NCBI GenBank assembly: GCA_002633005.1
Contig: NMRA01000214.1
Location: forward strand, 394,414-458,413
Direction: 5' to 3'
Source of the DNA: Phoronis australis
Lineage: Eukaryota; Animalia; Phoronida
DNA length: 64,000 nucleotides
The translations under genes were made by a program, and so were the position numbers. Below, in pieces: positions 1-14,009 of the stretch (the first letter of the stretch is position 1; each line of letters opens with the position of its first letter). Under the pieces are notes generated by a model, which saw only the letters and a list, made by a program, of their open reading frames with translations, was not told where the DNA came from and did no database searches.

Positions 1-3000
1 CACTGTCTGGTGATAAACAACATACCAACAAGACAGGTTACCATATAAACGTGATTAAGGTTTACTGGATGTACCCTAGGTCCTTTAATACACAAGTCTG
101 TGTGTTTAATCATAAATTTACATCAACATAGAATTTAACTTAAATTTACGTATTATCTGAAAGAAGGAAGCATAATTACGTCGTTTTTAATTTTCTTAAT
201 TTATACCAATCTACAAACACTGGGATTAGGTGATCATGTCATTTCAGTAAAATTAAGCAAAACAGAAAGTAGATTCATAGCCAAACAGCGACATCAATAA
301 CTTGACTAAATTTCATTTGATATAGATGTCTGACACAGAAGCTCAAACACGATGTTACAGTTTTCTAAATAATCACCTTGTTTTCATTTTATTCAACTTT
401 CGATTTTTTGATAGTCCCGCCTGCAAAAATGGATCGCTTCAAAATCAATTCGTAACAGCGTTTTGCAGAACAGTGCATAAAGCATACTACGGTATCAAAT
501 AAGTTTCGTATAAATCCGATCAGCGATTTCTCACAATATTATACGAGATGTTCCGAAGCTGGCCAGACTTAGCCATTTTTCTACTGTCCTACATAGCTTT
601 AACTGGTTTCCAATGCAAACATTATCTTTTTCAAAAAGACCTGTCCAGCAGCTGATCGCCCTGGTATTATTCGTTTACTGGATATGAATAATAAATAGGA
701 AACACTCTGCATGCTGCAATTCTTTAGCGTTGCGACAGCACAAAAGCATCTTTTGCTGACTCTATTATACAAGATGGTACGAATTAGCAGAGATGAAACA
801 CAATTTTGAGACAGAAGACATTTTTGCGTTAATCATTTGAATATCCTAACACATAGTTGCAATTTCATGCCATGCCAAATGATGGCCAAAAAGAATTCAC
901 AAAAAATAATGAAAATATCCAGCTGCATCAAATCCATATACAGATGCAAAATCCTGTCCACCAACTACGCTATCGCCATCTAGTGACAAGGCATATTTCA
1001 TCATGTATATCGATATTGGAAAACCGATACAATTCATTTTCTCCACTTTGAAAGTAGGATGACTTCTTCAACATGTGAGCAACAAATCACCATTAACACA
1101 ATCAATGGAGATTTTTTGAACATCCGTCAGCAAAAAAGTAGAATTTCATTTAAATTCTAATTTCTCCATAAAAATAACAAAAAAATGAAACTGAAGTTTG
1201 ATTCGTTTGCTACTTAGCTTTCATCACTCCTTTGGAAAAATTGAGGATTTGAACTGATGCAGCGAAAGACTTTGAAGAAATGACGAATAAGCCCAATGGA
1301 CGAGTTAATACTCTCTAGGTGGCAGATAAAACAAAACTTCTTTTTGACATCTGAAAAGCTCAAAAGCGGAAAGCTTTAGTTTATCAGCACAGAGGCAGCG
1401 TTCGTTTGATAAGGGACCCATGCGGACATTTTTAAGGGAGGGTCCTTTGCTTCACTTGTAATACCTAGTGAACTTCGAATTCCCCATTGACAAAGCTCGA
1501 CCACTGACTGACCTCACAGGAAGAGGTAGCCTGACTGACCCTCGTGTCTCATTGCTCCCAGCCATTCTGTTATGCTTGTTCCAACTTGTAAAACCCAAGT
1601 ACAGTAATGAGGCACAGGCCTACAAACGAGCCAATATTCACAGCCAGCTGCAACAAGGAGCTGAACACAAGAGCTCATTTCTCAAATCAATATAGGACGC
1701 CCAAACAACCCTGATAACGGATAAATCCTTGGCAAGGCAAATCGAAACTGTCTGGGTCTGAGCACTCCAATAAGAGAGAGAAAGAAGACAACATCATAGC
1801 CAGGCTGCACGCATTTTGGAATGTAAAGTGTTCTTGCAAACACGCTTTAAATTATTTTCATGAACTTGATGAATTTTTGACGAAGTTCGCATGCGTTACA
1901 ATGCGGGCTGAAGAAGCCTGTTTCATGAGATCTGTCAATTTCACATGTAACGGTATATCATTACCACTCTGTACCAGCAGTTTTTGTAGCACTGGAATAT
2001 ATCTTCATTCCTGAGTAAACCCAGTAGCTCAATTTCACAAAATGGCTTCACAATTGATTTTTTTGACAAAATGCTCTATTAAAGCAGCTAAATGCTGACT
2101 CAGGTGAACTGTTGCCAACAATTATCAAAATTACGACTATTATACGTCTGGAGTGACATAATGATAGAAAGTCACGTTGTTAACAAGTAAATTAGACGAC
2201 AAGGCGAGCCTAAAACAGACGCGTGAAAATGATTATCAAACAGTCTCCAGTAGAGTTTTGATTAGAATAATATAAAAGTAAGCAGCTTGATCCAAGATTT
2301 ATTTGGTGAATGTCAGGCTCATTGCTGTTGATTTAGTTTCTGGTTTCTCCATGTGAGATTTCAACTGAGGAATTCTAGTCTTCTGGTAATGAACTTCAGG
2401 GCCAAATTATGTACCTCAGCAGTCACTCCTGGATTAACACAAACTCGAACACAAACACATGGGCCATCACACAGCACCGAAAGATCAGTTGACTGACAGT
2501 CAGCTGACTGATAAACTGTAGTTATACACAACCCGTCAGTGCATTTAACTCCAGATTGCACACTGCAGGCTGAAGCCAGCTTGAGAAATCAATATCATTT
2601 TCCTCATAACTGTCTTAATAAAAGCCAGGCCAAGCCACCATATAAAGGGCTGCTAAGAACAAGCTTAACAAACAATGAGGGAAATTAATTGAAAATAGCC
2701 CTGGGCGAGCGCAGTGTTTTGAAGCACAAACAAAACCGAAGTGAGGACATACATGACATCGTCATTGTCCTTCACGGTGAAAGTAAGATGACACGATGCC
2801 CTGCAGGTACACTAGAATATGATGAAGATTCTGTAATTTTTTAGAATTCTCTACACGCGTTATTACTTGGGCTTCAAGTCAACGTCAAGTCACACTTCCT
2901 CACTGGTGTTTTCATTGTTTTCTTGTCTCACAGGTCCTCTCTCAAGTCAGTTCAGTGAACGCAACTTCCATTGTTGCGTAACGTACTCCTCTCTGTAGGA

Positions 3001-6000
3001 CTGCATTTTTTCTTCACCCAGATACCTTCAGGGTTAATTTTATAACTGTGCCCAACATCATTGACACATAAAAACAAATCCATTGAAGCGATGCAATTGC
3101 TTAACTTAGGTCAATGGGTGCACTGATTGAGTTGTAATCACTAATCACTGCCACCTGGAGGTACCTGATGAAATCACACATCAAAATGTCCTCCCTCTAT
3201 TCCAAAAACGGAGTAGAAAAAGGGCAAAAAATATTAAAGTACCCACAAGTCCTCCAAATTGGCCCATAGATTTGAGGTCCTGCGGGTCAATGGACCCATA
3301 GCAATGTTTTTCTAAAATGACCCATAACCTTCTATACGAGCAGATTCTTTACTAAGTTTTGACGTATTGAAGCAAGTCCGGGGGGTACTCAGTGCTATTC
3401 CAGTCAGAGAGAGAAAAGTTTGCGAGTCAAAGTGCACTATGGCCTCGATGTCATAAAAACAATATCTGGTAAAGCTCCCATAACTCTACAGCAATGTTAT
3501 CTGCCATTGAAAAATGGAAAAGGTCAATTTTTGCAATTATTTTTGTGCGAAACAAATGAAGAATTGCCATATTTTAAAATTTGTTGGGCACTCACAACAA
3601 TGATCGAAACCCTTGAAAAATGAAGAAAGTGTAATTTTAGCTATTATTTTTGTCCCAAATTAACGAGACCTCACGATTATATGAAAACATTACAATACAA
3701 AACCAATAATATTTATCAAACTCAGAAGACATTCTGATCCTTAATTAAAAGCAAAACTACTGTTTAAAAATTACGAAGCAATTTTGTAAACATTTCTCAC
3801 TTGCTCAATACACTGTGGAAAATTGTGAATCAGTCTCATATAACTGTTATTTACACTCAGTTTGGAGTTAAGCTCATGTATCACCAACCTAATATTAGTT
3901 TGGTCCATGTAAACCATCTTATCACGGTTTTCTGAGTCATGACATCTATGTATCAACAAAAAGTGCATACGGTAAAAATCTCACGATTCTGTCAAAAAGA
4001 ATTTGGTCTTTATCAGGTGCTCGTTGTGAACCATATGTCCAGATATTATCTGACGGTAGCTATCAGAATTCAACAAGGACGAAGCACTAATTTGACATGA
4101 CATATCTTTTAGGGAAAAAAATGAGAACATGAAATTGCACTTCTCCCCCATATCGTGTCCTGAATTAATGAATTTACCTTTGGTTAATTGGTTTGATCCA
4201 CATAAAAGCAATACAACACCAATGTAGATGTGACTGTACAACCAAAAGTATTCGGACAAAATTACCTGGAGTTCCCCGTCATGACTGGTAAGGGTTGAAG
4301 CCGAATTCATTGTAAAAGTTGTCTTTCCTCATGACCGAGAATGAAGGGGATTTAACAGAAAAGTTAGTAAGGTGGCTAATTCATTTTGTGATCAGAATTT
4401 TACAACCCTAATTCATGCACCCAGGGGGAGCTGACGGGGGCTCGAACGAACCCCTATTTGGCAACGTGGGCAAAAAGGTCCACAAAAAGTCCGAAAAAAG
4501 TAGAACACGAGACAAAAGTCCACTGAAAAAGCAGGAACTACGTAAATTTGGCGAATGCACAATTCACACTTTTTAGGCTGTAATTGAGTCATTTTTGCAG
4601 GGAAAACGGCATTTTGTATCATTTCTTTTGTCCTCAACTGCGTATGATGGAGCCATATCTAGTCACTTTGATGACACAATCAAACAGTTTAACCTGTACT
4701 CAGTTTGCAGCTCCTGCAGCTAGAGAATGCCATGTCATGGTCACTGTGCAAGCAAATTATAAATGTACCTATCACAGACCCTAAGATTGTATCTTCCACT
4801 ACCACTATATTGAACCTGTTTGTCAGTATGTTCGTGGCTGGAGGCCTCTGCACTTGGAATAAAAAACCTAAAACCACTCAAGCAAAAAGAAACCCTTTTT
4901 AAATAAGATTATTATTATTTAAACAGACACTTTTTAACATTTTCTTAAGCCAATGTTAATTTCATTCACCTACAAATTATACAAACTTGTATCATCCAGG
5001 AGCCATTGGAGTGCTTGACCTCAGCACATTTAACCTTATCAAAGAAAGTCCTTTTATTTGAATCATTGATCCCTGGTGGCTAAAAAAGACTGTCGCCCGC
5101 CTTTTGAATTTCTGGAACTGCCTTCTGATTCCTGTGAAAATTTCATAGCTCTATGACGGTGTTCATAGACAGCAATTATTTTTACAGTAAGTTTCAGTTT
5201 CACCACGATGAACAATAAATGTCCATCAATAATGTCCATCGTCTAGTCTTAGATAGTGTTACTGTAGTGCCGTAGGTTACTTAAAGAAAAATTTCGCCAA
5301 GTCTATTGCTCTGTCGTAAAATTTGTTCTCCACGCTAGAGGTCACATTTCTTGTCTGATCAACACGAAATTCACATACAATGTGAGCTGCTGAGGCCATT
5401 TTTAGTTTTTGCAGAGCCATCAGTTCTGCTGTTTGTGCGATTTGTCTGAAATTTGGTGTGTAGACATTGTAAAGCGGTGTTTGTAATTTTTGGTCAGGTG
5501 ACTGTTCTCTTATTCCCTCGCTGAACTTGTATTGGTCAATAATTCGTGCTACAGGATGCATCTTTAATCTGAATAACAAGAGATTTATGCATATATTGTA
5601 TCTTGAAAAACTTGAGACTTATTGTTTTTGGACAAAATTGGACTCAAGATGGCGGTTTGGTGGCTTTTTCCGAATATTAACTTGTGGCTGCTCTAGCTTT
5701 GAGGGAACCTCCTGAAATTTGATACATTTGTAGATAGGTCTCTTCAACAAAGGCCCTGATCAGTTTCTTTCTAAGACTTTTCATACTCAAGTTATACGAT
5801 ATTTTCCAATCTAATGACTGCTCTTTTATTGATTGATTCCTCGATGCACTTTTGTTGGTTTATTATTTACTATATGTTGGTATCATGGGCATCGTTGTTT
5901 GGGTTTTGTCGTGAACCTAATTCAATTTTACCAAGTGTCACTCATCACAGAGCTTCCCGAGCTATGAAATTTTACCACCCAATGAATTCAAATTTCAGAA

Positions 6001-7416
6001 GGGTTCACCAATGGCTCTTTCACTGAAGATGGCACTTCAAAGAAAACTGAAGATGTTGGAACATTAACTAAAACCTCCAGCCTAGTTTCAACTCCAGACC
6101 ACAGCAGTTTCTAAAAGGAGGCAATCCAGACATCAATCAAGTCCATTGTTAAGCATTTCAATGCTCTATTGTCCAGCATCACCACTTGCAGGCCAATTAT
6201 CTCCCATGGTTCAAAGAGTTACTAAAACCATTCATCAATGGGTACCAGCAAACCAAAATCCAACCCACAGTCTATTTTGGATAATTTTCATCATATTTCT
6301 TTGCGTTAAAATGCTCCTAACTTAACTTTTTATGAGAAATTTGATTTTCAGAAGCCAAACAGTTCCAAAACTAACCAGTGTTAGTAAACGATATGTCAAT
6401 TAAAAGCCAGCGCTTTACTGATGCGAAGCCATCATCACATCTGTGACCATGACAGCTGGACTTGTACCCAAAAAAACCCTGCAATTTATTAGTCCTCAAA
6501 AATCTACAGCATACTAGAACTGAACCCAGGGAGGATGGTATAGAAAAGGCATATATGGGATATGCCACCCTGAGATGAGTGACATTTTCATAATCAGTTT
6601 CCCTGCAACAAGGTGCCTTTCTGAACTGCTCCTTTCAATGCAATCTGAGCCTAGCACAAATTCTAATTAAAAATTAATGAAAATTGAATTTTAGATTCCT
6701 AGTATTGCCCAAAAGAAGAGTAACTGATTCGTCCACGCACATGCACGTGTACCAACACTTCGCAAATACGGCGTAGTGTTTCCGAGCAAGTACCAATGCG
6801 TCCAAAAACTGAGGTACTCAAACACCGCATCAATTTTCTGCTTGAAAACCCGACCAAAAGTCGTTGGGGGAAATCAAACAGAACCACCACCACAGGCACT
6901 ACCTGCTTCATTCACAGTCTTGAAACTCTTATTGACAAGCACATGTATGGTGAGAACAAGTAAACTAACATAGCAAGCTGCATTGAGACCTCTGTTTGTA
7001 TTTTTCTTTGATCCATTTATAAAGCAGCTTATATTACTACACATCAGTCAGAGTGAGTCAATATTTACCTGTGAGAAAAACTAGAGACGGCCCCTGAACA
7101 TGGATAGTCACAGAAGAGTAAGTAAGCGCATGACTGCTACTCATTCATAGCCTCAGCCTGTTGTTGTGACATTAGATTTCTCTATTTCTGAGGAAAAAAT
7201 ATCCTGTTGGGCTGACATCATTTTGGCTTCAACTTTGTATGTTTTTAAATATGATTTTGGTAACAGACCAAACACATTTTCTCAAGGGTCTAAAATCTGT
7301 GTTAAAACTATATTTTTGAATGATTTGCATAGTTTTACAATTTACCGTACAAATCACTGTGGATCCTCTTCCTCCTAATGATTTTGCTACAAGTGTAATT
7401 CAACCAATTAGGGAAC

Positions 7417-7574
7417 TACCGTAATCGTTCGGGTTAACGCCCTGGGCGGTTAAATTGGCGAATCCAAAAAATCTGGGGAGGGCGGTTAACTGAGTAGTGG
7501 GCGGTTAAATCGAAAATCCACCTAAAGTAGGGGATGGGCGGTTAACTGAACATGGGCGTTAACCAGAACGATTA
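7417..7574. mobile_element. Short MITE, Tc1/mariner-pogo-like (right end eroded)
   Basis: TIRs TA-CCGTAATCGTTCGGGTTAACGCCC ... GGGCGTTAACCAGAACGATTA, with four internal GGGCGGTTAA subrepeats. Confidence 0.75.
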
Positions 7575-7709
7575 ACAACAAGTTGGTTGAGTAATAACAA
7601 CTGACACTGGTGGGTCAAAGGTATTGAAAAGGGGGACCAGAAAGAAATTCCGCAAAGATAAATGTCTGCATAAGCTTTAAAAACTGCAAGGCTGACGGCA
7701 CTATTTTGG

Positions 7710-7777
7710 TCACGTCTGTAGGGAGTGCTCGGGATTGGGACGGTCACTCGCCACCCCTCTAAATCCTCCTATGATTC
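7710..7777 (-). other. Candidate exon of the minus-strand gene (strong acceptor; phase-1 frame reads (G)IIGGFRGVASDRPNPEHSLQT*)
   Basis: Minus-strand TTTTGTCTGTTTTTCTTCGCAG| followed by GC-richer sequence. No clear donor and no recognisable protein family. Confidence 0.3.
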
Positions 7778-7935
7778 CTGCGAAGAAAAACAGACAAAAT
7801 CCAGTTTTAATTTATACATAGCTGAGGTTTTTCTGGAGGCGGCAAATGAACTGCCGTTAACGGTTACTAAAACGTTCAATTCCACTAATGTTACAATTCA
7901 AGATATTCCATTCTCACTGCAAGCATATTTTGGAA

Positions 7936-8140
7936 GAGGCAGTGCAGCCTGGTGCGATAGGTGCCCGCTTTACTGGGCCACACTGCTAGACCCTTGAGTC
8001 AGGTTTCTAACTCCTCAGCTTGGTTTTAAATATATATTAATAAAGCATAAAAATGGTTCCAGGTGATCACTGCGATGGGCCCACATGCGCAGCCTGTGCA
8101 CGTCTGGTACAACGTGTACCAGACCACCTGTAATTATTTT
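7936..8140 (+). mobile_element. tRNA-derived SINE family A, copy 1 (internal deletion in the head)
   Basis: Aligns by eye with 13774-14009 (reverse) and 25048-25285. Shared segments include CACTGCTAGACCCTTGAGTCAGG, GTTCCAGGTGATCA and the 3' hairpin TCTGGTACA-acg-TGTACCAGA. Confidence 0.85.
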
Positions 8141-8560
8141 GTTATTAAGCATACTTGGGTGCAGTAGCCTTGAACATCAAGCCCAGAGTGCTTGAGGCCA
8201 AATACAAGCACATCAAGCGCAGTGCTGGAGGACAAACACATACCTACTGTAGTACATGGCAGCCAGCTTGACCTATTAAACAGAATGTTAAGGTCATCCT
8301 AGTGCACAAATACATACTGTAATTGCTTCTTAGCATCTTTATTAATTAATAACTTTCAGTACTGATCAACGAAAGGGGCATTTTGCCAGAAGTGCTTTGA
8401 GCTTTAAAAACATCCTATCTTGAATTGTTGCCGAATGAGCCGGCATGTAATTTTAGGGTTGGTCAACCCTAATATCCTCTGAAGCGTTTTATTCAGATGC
8501 TGATGGTTTTGATGTGGGTACTAATGTAAATAGAATACTACAAGAGTGAAGAACATTATG

Positions 8561-8700
8561 AGGAGACATTGTGGCTCAGTGGTTTGAGCTCCAGACTTCC
8601 ATTTGGGAGACACGGTCAATTCCTGAAATTATTGTCTGACAATCGAGCATTGCACAATTGTCCCTTAATTCTCTGAGCTTTGCTCTTAATAAAAAAATTA
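8561..8700 (+). mobile_element. Degenerate tRNA-derived SINE fragment
   Basis: A-box GTGGCTCAGTGG followed by a tRNA-like stretch, decayed B-box and an A-rich end. Confidence 0.45.
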
Positions 8701-9306
8701 GGAAAACCATTTTTGAGAGTAAAAGGCCCAATTCGATTCTTTTGTTTTTAGCCAGCTAACAATGGCAAATTGCAGCTTCAATGAATAAATTTGCTACAAA
8801 ACATTTCCTGTTGAGAAAAAGAGCTTTTTCATATGCGTTTTGCCTTTCTAAAGCATCATCATTGTGTTCTTTTTCTTTGCATGAAATGAATTTGATTACT
8901 AACACTGCTTTGGTAGCTGAAACAAACTGGCAGCCACAAGCAAACACCATGAGTGGCAGAAATCAAGTTGTTTTGCAGACTAACCATCTCCACTCAATAG
9001 CCAGAAGTCAGGCAAACTACAATTCTTTGTTCAACAGGAAATGTGATTTAATGCCCTATACTGGACATTGAAGATAAGAGTTGCCTGAAGAATCAGGATA
9101 TTTGTTTTCACTTTTCAGCTCTACAGTTCAAATAGACTATAACGCTGAAATCAGCAACTAGCAGTCCAGCTTATAGTTCCTCATGTCCCTAACCTTGCAT
9201 CATGGCTATTTTGCATTATGTAATACTGGTGTACAATAATTGGCACTAAACCAACTTCTCTCAAGCATGGGCAAACTTCAGTCATTAGGCAAATCTTAGC
9301 TCACCA

Positions 9307-9480
9307 GATCTGCGCGCAAGTGGACGAGAAAGCGGCACCGTTTTCCCCAGAGTTACTCAGTGAAATCATCTGCACATCAAAGGCTTGATGGCATCGTCAT
9401 GGATTGAAGGAAGCTACTTGCTATTCATGGGCTTGGGTGAACATACTGGATGAGATAATTGAGGTGGTAAACCAACATGC
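9307..9480 (+). repeat. Dispersed repeat family B, copy 1
   Basis: Collinear similarity to 37503-37670 (AGTGGACGAGAA, CCCAGAGT, TTCATGGGCTTGG). Confidence 0.75.
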
Positions 9481-9893
9481 TTGCCAAGTTTAGCTTGTAG
9501 GGGTTTCAAATTCAAAAACTAAAAATTAGCGTAGATTATGTCGTTTAGTTCCTGCTAAGCATTTTCATGGATAGGAACATGCAAATACATCTTTAAGGAC
9601 AAGTAGTTCAAAATTACTCCTTTGCAACAAACGAGTCTAGGGCTGGACACAATTGATATATTTTCCACCACAGTATTAACATGTCACATAAAGGTAAACA
9701 TGCAATCCCTTCATACCCTCATTCACCCAGTTCACAAGGAAGGTTGTAATATCATTCCTTAACCTCTACTCAAAATAAGACTAGCCATGATCGCTGAGAA
9801 AATAAAATAATGTGTCTAAAATTATGGATTAGTGACAGAAAACACCCTCTTGGCTGCTCTCAAACCACATTTAGAAGCACGGTAATTGTGTAA

Positions 9894-9972
9894 TATAACG
9901 TGCCCGCATTTTGAGAACCAGTTTTCTCCACTGAATAACGAGAAAGGTTTTCAAAATACAGGCACATTATAT
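9894..9972. mobile_element. Tiny palindromic MITE, copy 1
   Basis: ATAACGTGCCCGCATTTTGAGAACC ... GGTTTTCAAAATACAGGCACATTAT. A related copy is at 12481-12572. Confidence 0.6.
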
Positions 9973-10789
9973 CAGACTATTGCAAGACGTACTCCAACAT
10001 TAAACATAAGTAGGAGCAGAAAAAACAAAATTTCAAAATGTGGAAGTTTATCAATTAGCATATTTTTGACAGCATTATTTATTGCCAGTCCTTCCTAACT
10101 GAGGAATGGTAGGTAATTCAAAGTACCAGAAAATGGTCGAATTTCTTCAGTAAACTGCAAATTTTTGTACAAGGACGACATGTGATTTTGGACCCACAAA
10201 CATTAAGTTGATGATGTTAAGATAAGAGTTTCCAAAGGAAACCTTTTGTTTTAACATTTTCTCTTATTTGATGGACCAGCCGGTAGATAGTCCTTGAGGT
10301 GCCTAAGATTCCTTCAGGGCAGCTTGTGTTAACAGTACTAATTTTCAGTGGCAGAGACACCTTGTCGCAAGAAGCAACAACCATACCAATTCTTCTCAGA
10401 CCAAGGAACGTATGTTAAAACTTAAATAAGAAAAGGAGGCTCATTAAATAACAAAGAATGGCTGAAATCAACGTTATATTTTGACGTAATGCACAGCTTT
10501 ATTGCACCTGTGACCGGTTCTCACAAAAGTGATGCATGCACTAACTGATGGAAATCAAACTGTTGGTTTGTCGTTGGCATGGAAATGCCATCTGAGAGCT
10601 CGCAATTAAGAACCAGGATGGCAATACCCTAACCCCAAGGTAGTTGTGTGTCAGTCATGCACTATATATAGGAAATTAGAACTAAGAGCCTTATTACTCC
10701 AAGAACCAAGTCACAACACCTGTCATCAAAGATTTATCCAATTCAGTAGATAATGAGTAGGTATTTTACCGACCATAATGGAAATAAGT

Positions 10790-10915
10790 CTTTGACTTTT
10801 TATGTTATCCGTGTCTTGCACTTGTACTTTTATTTTCGTGTAATGTTTCGATGTTTTTCTCTTATTTCTCTGTACTTGTGTGATTCTAATAAATGCATTA
10901 TCATTATCATTATTT
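10790..10915 (+). mobile_element. Probable 3' tail of a truncated LINE
   Basis: T-rich UTR-like stretch, then AATAAA and a (CATTAT)3 microsatellite tail, as in CR1/L2-type ends. Confidence 0.4.
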
Positions 10916-11357
10916 TTGATGTAACCTACAGCAATATTTAATCAATGGGTTTTCTTATAACTGAAGGCAATTGTTTCAAGGCAGATTTCTAGATGTGAGG
11001 GTCGGTGCATTTGAATAACGCATGCAAGTGACAATAAATGTAAAATTTGTGCCAAGAGACATTCACAATACAAAGTGTCTTCACGACTGTACAAAGCAGA
11101 CGCTATTTAATCCTCCCATAAGTGTACAAAAACGCCTTGGGCTAAACTGGTGGAATTCTTCAAAGTACTGGTTTATCTGTATAGTGACACGCTTAAATAA
11201 AACAATTACTTTATATGCTTTGTGTAGTTTATAGATGTTACATCACGTAAAAAAGGAATACGTATTGCTGCAAAAATGAGCATGTCCCATCACTATAAAG
11301 TAGAAAATCAAATATTTGAGCTGCCAGCCCTTGTCTAAGGATAGCTATTCCAGAATA

Positions 11358-11608
11358 CCGTATTACTGCGCTTTTAGCCCATATGGGCCTATATCCAAAA
11401 TAATGCTTTTTCGAGGCCTTTCTTACAGAAGTGTTTCGCATATAAGCCCAGGTAATGTCCCCTCTATAGGCACACACATTAATTTGACTACCACAGTGCC
11501 TCCTATGGCATTTTTTATACTAGCCTATGTATCTTTGGAGTTCTTTGGCGAATTTTCAAAAAAAATTTGGTTAACAGTTTTGTATTTCTGTAATACGCAG
11601 TAATACGG
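11358..11608. mobile_element. MITE, Tc1/mariner-pogo-like
   Basis: Perfect 13-bp TIR CCGTATTACTGCG ... CGCAGTAATACGG, flanked by TA on the left and TG (mutated TA?) on the right. Confidence 0.75.
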
Positions 11609-11973
11609 TGGAGCTTAAAAGTCAAACAATAGTGTCAGGTTGGTACAACTTCTCTATAATTTGTCCATTCTCTAATAGTTAAAATTCCAATGTCAAAACG
11701 AGGCTTGAGCAGCACAAAGTCTCTTGTGGATTATACCTCAAAACCACAGAATTAAGTTCAGTGAACCTATCTGGTGACAGGTCTAGAAATTTTTGGTGCA
11801 TTCGTGTATCTATGGTTGGGAATAAGTTGTCAGATATACTAGTCTAAGATCAATTCATGCCTGTAGTAGGGTTTTTGAATTTTCAAAATTGGACAAGGAA
11901 TGTGACTTTTTCAACCTAAAACATTTGTTTAATGTTGCAATAATATGTTCCACATTAATTCTGCTGGGTGTGC

Positions 11974-12058
11974 AACATAATTGGGCCAATTACCAAACCA
12001 CCAGGCAGCAGTTGGGTTTTGAGGTAAGCCAAGTGTCCTTGTACAATTCTTGGCATGA
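11974..12058 (+). repeat. Dispersed repeat family C, copy 1
   Basis: AACATAATTGG.CCAATTACCAAACCAC...TTTTGAGGTAAGCCA...TACAATTCTTGGCA shared with 63032-63115. Confidence 0.8.
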
Positions 12059-12480
12059 AACTTAAGCTCACTTACATGAAATGTCAATTTCAGATGGCAA
12101 ACAGTTTGAAAAATCGCTAATTTTAGCCAGTGTTCTATTGCTTAGAAGCTATCTCTAATGCCATTGCTCAATTCCACATACAGGACCATCAATGCCATTT
12201 ACTGATTAACAGGTCTGGCACAATAGCTTGAATTGTACAAATCTATTGAGTTTCTAATGACTAGAGCTCACCTCCAGGGATTACTGCAGAGAAACCAAAG
12301 TGTTGAAACTGACATTAACAGCAAATATGTCAGCAATAATGAATCCCTCATTAGAAAAAAGCTTGCATGGCTGTGAAAACAATGGTAGTATCCATCAGTC
12401 TGCAGCTAAATTTGTGGAGTCACCAACTATATGCAATAGCTTAGAGATACCCGACTCTTCAATTAAGGTAATAGTCGGAT

Positions 12481-12572
12481 GAATCGTGCCCATATTTTGA
12501 GAAGCAGTTTGTTGCCCACTCACTATTCAGGGGAGAAAACTCAGGTTCTCAACAAGCAGGCACGACTATTAC
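12481..12572. mobile_element. Tiny palindromic MITE, copy 2
   Basis: AATCGTGCCCATATTTTGAGAA ... TTCTCAACAAGCAGGCACGACT, similar to 9894-9972. Confidence 0.6.
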
Positions 12573-13330
12573 CCTTCAATGAAGTGTTCTATCTTCGCAA
12601 TTTAGTTTTATTTTTTTAAGTACCTAATAACCACTGAACCAAATTTCTGATCATTATGCCTCGATTGTCACTAGCTCCTGGTAGGTCATTTTGTAGATAA
12701 CCGAAGATCGGTGAGTGCGTTCCACAGCCTCATCATTCCAAAGACGATGACGGGACTTTTCTTTGTTGAAACAGCACAGAGAAGAGTGTTGAAAGTGCAA
12801 GATGATTATATTTGGCGTTGGTTGAATTATGGAAACTTAACTTTTCACAGACTATCAGAAGCATTACCACAAATGGCATTTTAACTATAATATACAATTA
12901 TACATAGAAATTATTTTTCACCCACTAATTTGGTTCGTCAACTTCACTTTGCCGGTGCTAGTAATTAGAACAAAAACAATCTATTGCATTGTTCGCCGTA
13001 CATCGTTTCAAAGAGAAGCTTATAATCAAGAGAGCCCTATGTTAAGAATGGCGTATATTGTCCTAGATTGGCAAGATTCTCCATTATTACACATCTGATA
13101 ACTAACACTAATTACGCATAATTGAATTCACAAGCTAACGGCACAGTTAACACGATATTTCCAAAACGAAAAAGAAAATCAGCTGATACTCAATTGCCAC
13201 AGTGCGACAGATTGCGTGCAGCATTAGGAAACAAAACCATTCCTCAGACGCATGCACAGACTCTCATCTACCCCTCTGGTGACATTTACAATTTGCTCAG
13301 GGAACTCATACTCCCATGATCTTTCCATCC

Positions 13331-13408
13331 AGTAATAGGTCAGGCACTGTGGTGAATATGTTCACCGACTAGTAATTGGTCAGGCACCGCGGTGAATATA
13401 TTCACAGA
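13331..13408. repeat. Two tandem 40-bp units, each with a GTGAATAT(G/A)TTCAC palindrome
   Basis: AGTAATAGGTCAGGCACTGTGGTGAATATGTTCACC / AGTAATTGGTCAGGCACCGCGGTGAATATATTCACA. Confidence 0.85.
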
Positions 13409-13773
13409 GCCTCTTTGCGTCATTCACACCAACTTCATAGTGGTACCAGTTGTAAAATGCAAATGAAATGAGCAGACCCCTTGACAGGACAGACTACTCA
13501 TCAACAATACAACTTCGCTGTAGGCATAACACTCTTGTATATTTTGTTACCTGTTCAAGCAGCAGGGCACTTACAATAGCAATGAATAATTTTTTCAGAA
13601 GTGTAATTTTTTGCATTAACTGTAAGGCACAGACCAGGTTGACAACAAAGTATAATTTTCTTAAAGTAAAATTGTAATTGAATATTTTTAAACAAAAGTC
13701 CATTTTTCTGCAGCAGTACATGCTGAGAACAAAAACGTCACACGTTTTAACATTAAACTAAAATCTTAAACAC

Positions 13774-14009
13774 AAAAATAAACAATTGCAGGTGGTCTGA
13801 TACACGTTGTACCAGACGTGCGCAGGCCTCACATGTGGGCCCATTGCACTGATCACCTGGAACTATTTTTATACTTAATATATGGTTAAAACCAAGTTGC
13901 GGAGCTAGAAACCTGGCTCAAGGGTTTAGCAGTGTGACCTGGTGGGACTCGAAGCCACGATCTCAAATAAAGAAAGCGGGCTCTTATCAACCTGAGGCCA
14001 CACTGCCTC
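13774..14009 (-). mobile_element. tRNA-derived SINE family A, copy 2
   Basis: Minus strand begins GAGGCAGTGTGGCCTCAGGTTG (A-box-like) and has GGCTTCGAGTCCC (B-box-like), then the same body and 3' hairpin as copies 1 and 3. Confidence 0.85.

Noticed and set aside
1817-1828. TGGAATGTAAAG, matching the 5' 12 nt of miR-1
   Set aside because: The match ends after 12 nt and there is no complementary arm.
12700-12760. Minus-strand MRLWNAL peptide resembling a LINE ORF2 C-terminus
   Set aside because: Too short, with no flanking reverse-transcriptase-like sequence.
13380-13400. miR-124-like AGGCAC(C)GCGGTGAAT
   Set aside because: Lacks the UAAGGCAC 5' end, has an inserted base and lies in a local tandem duplication.
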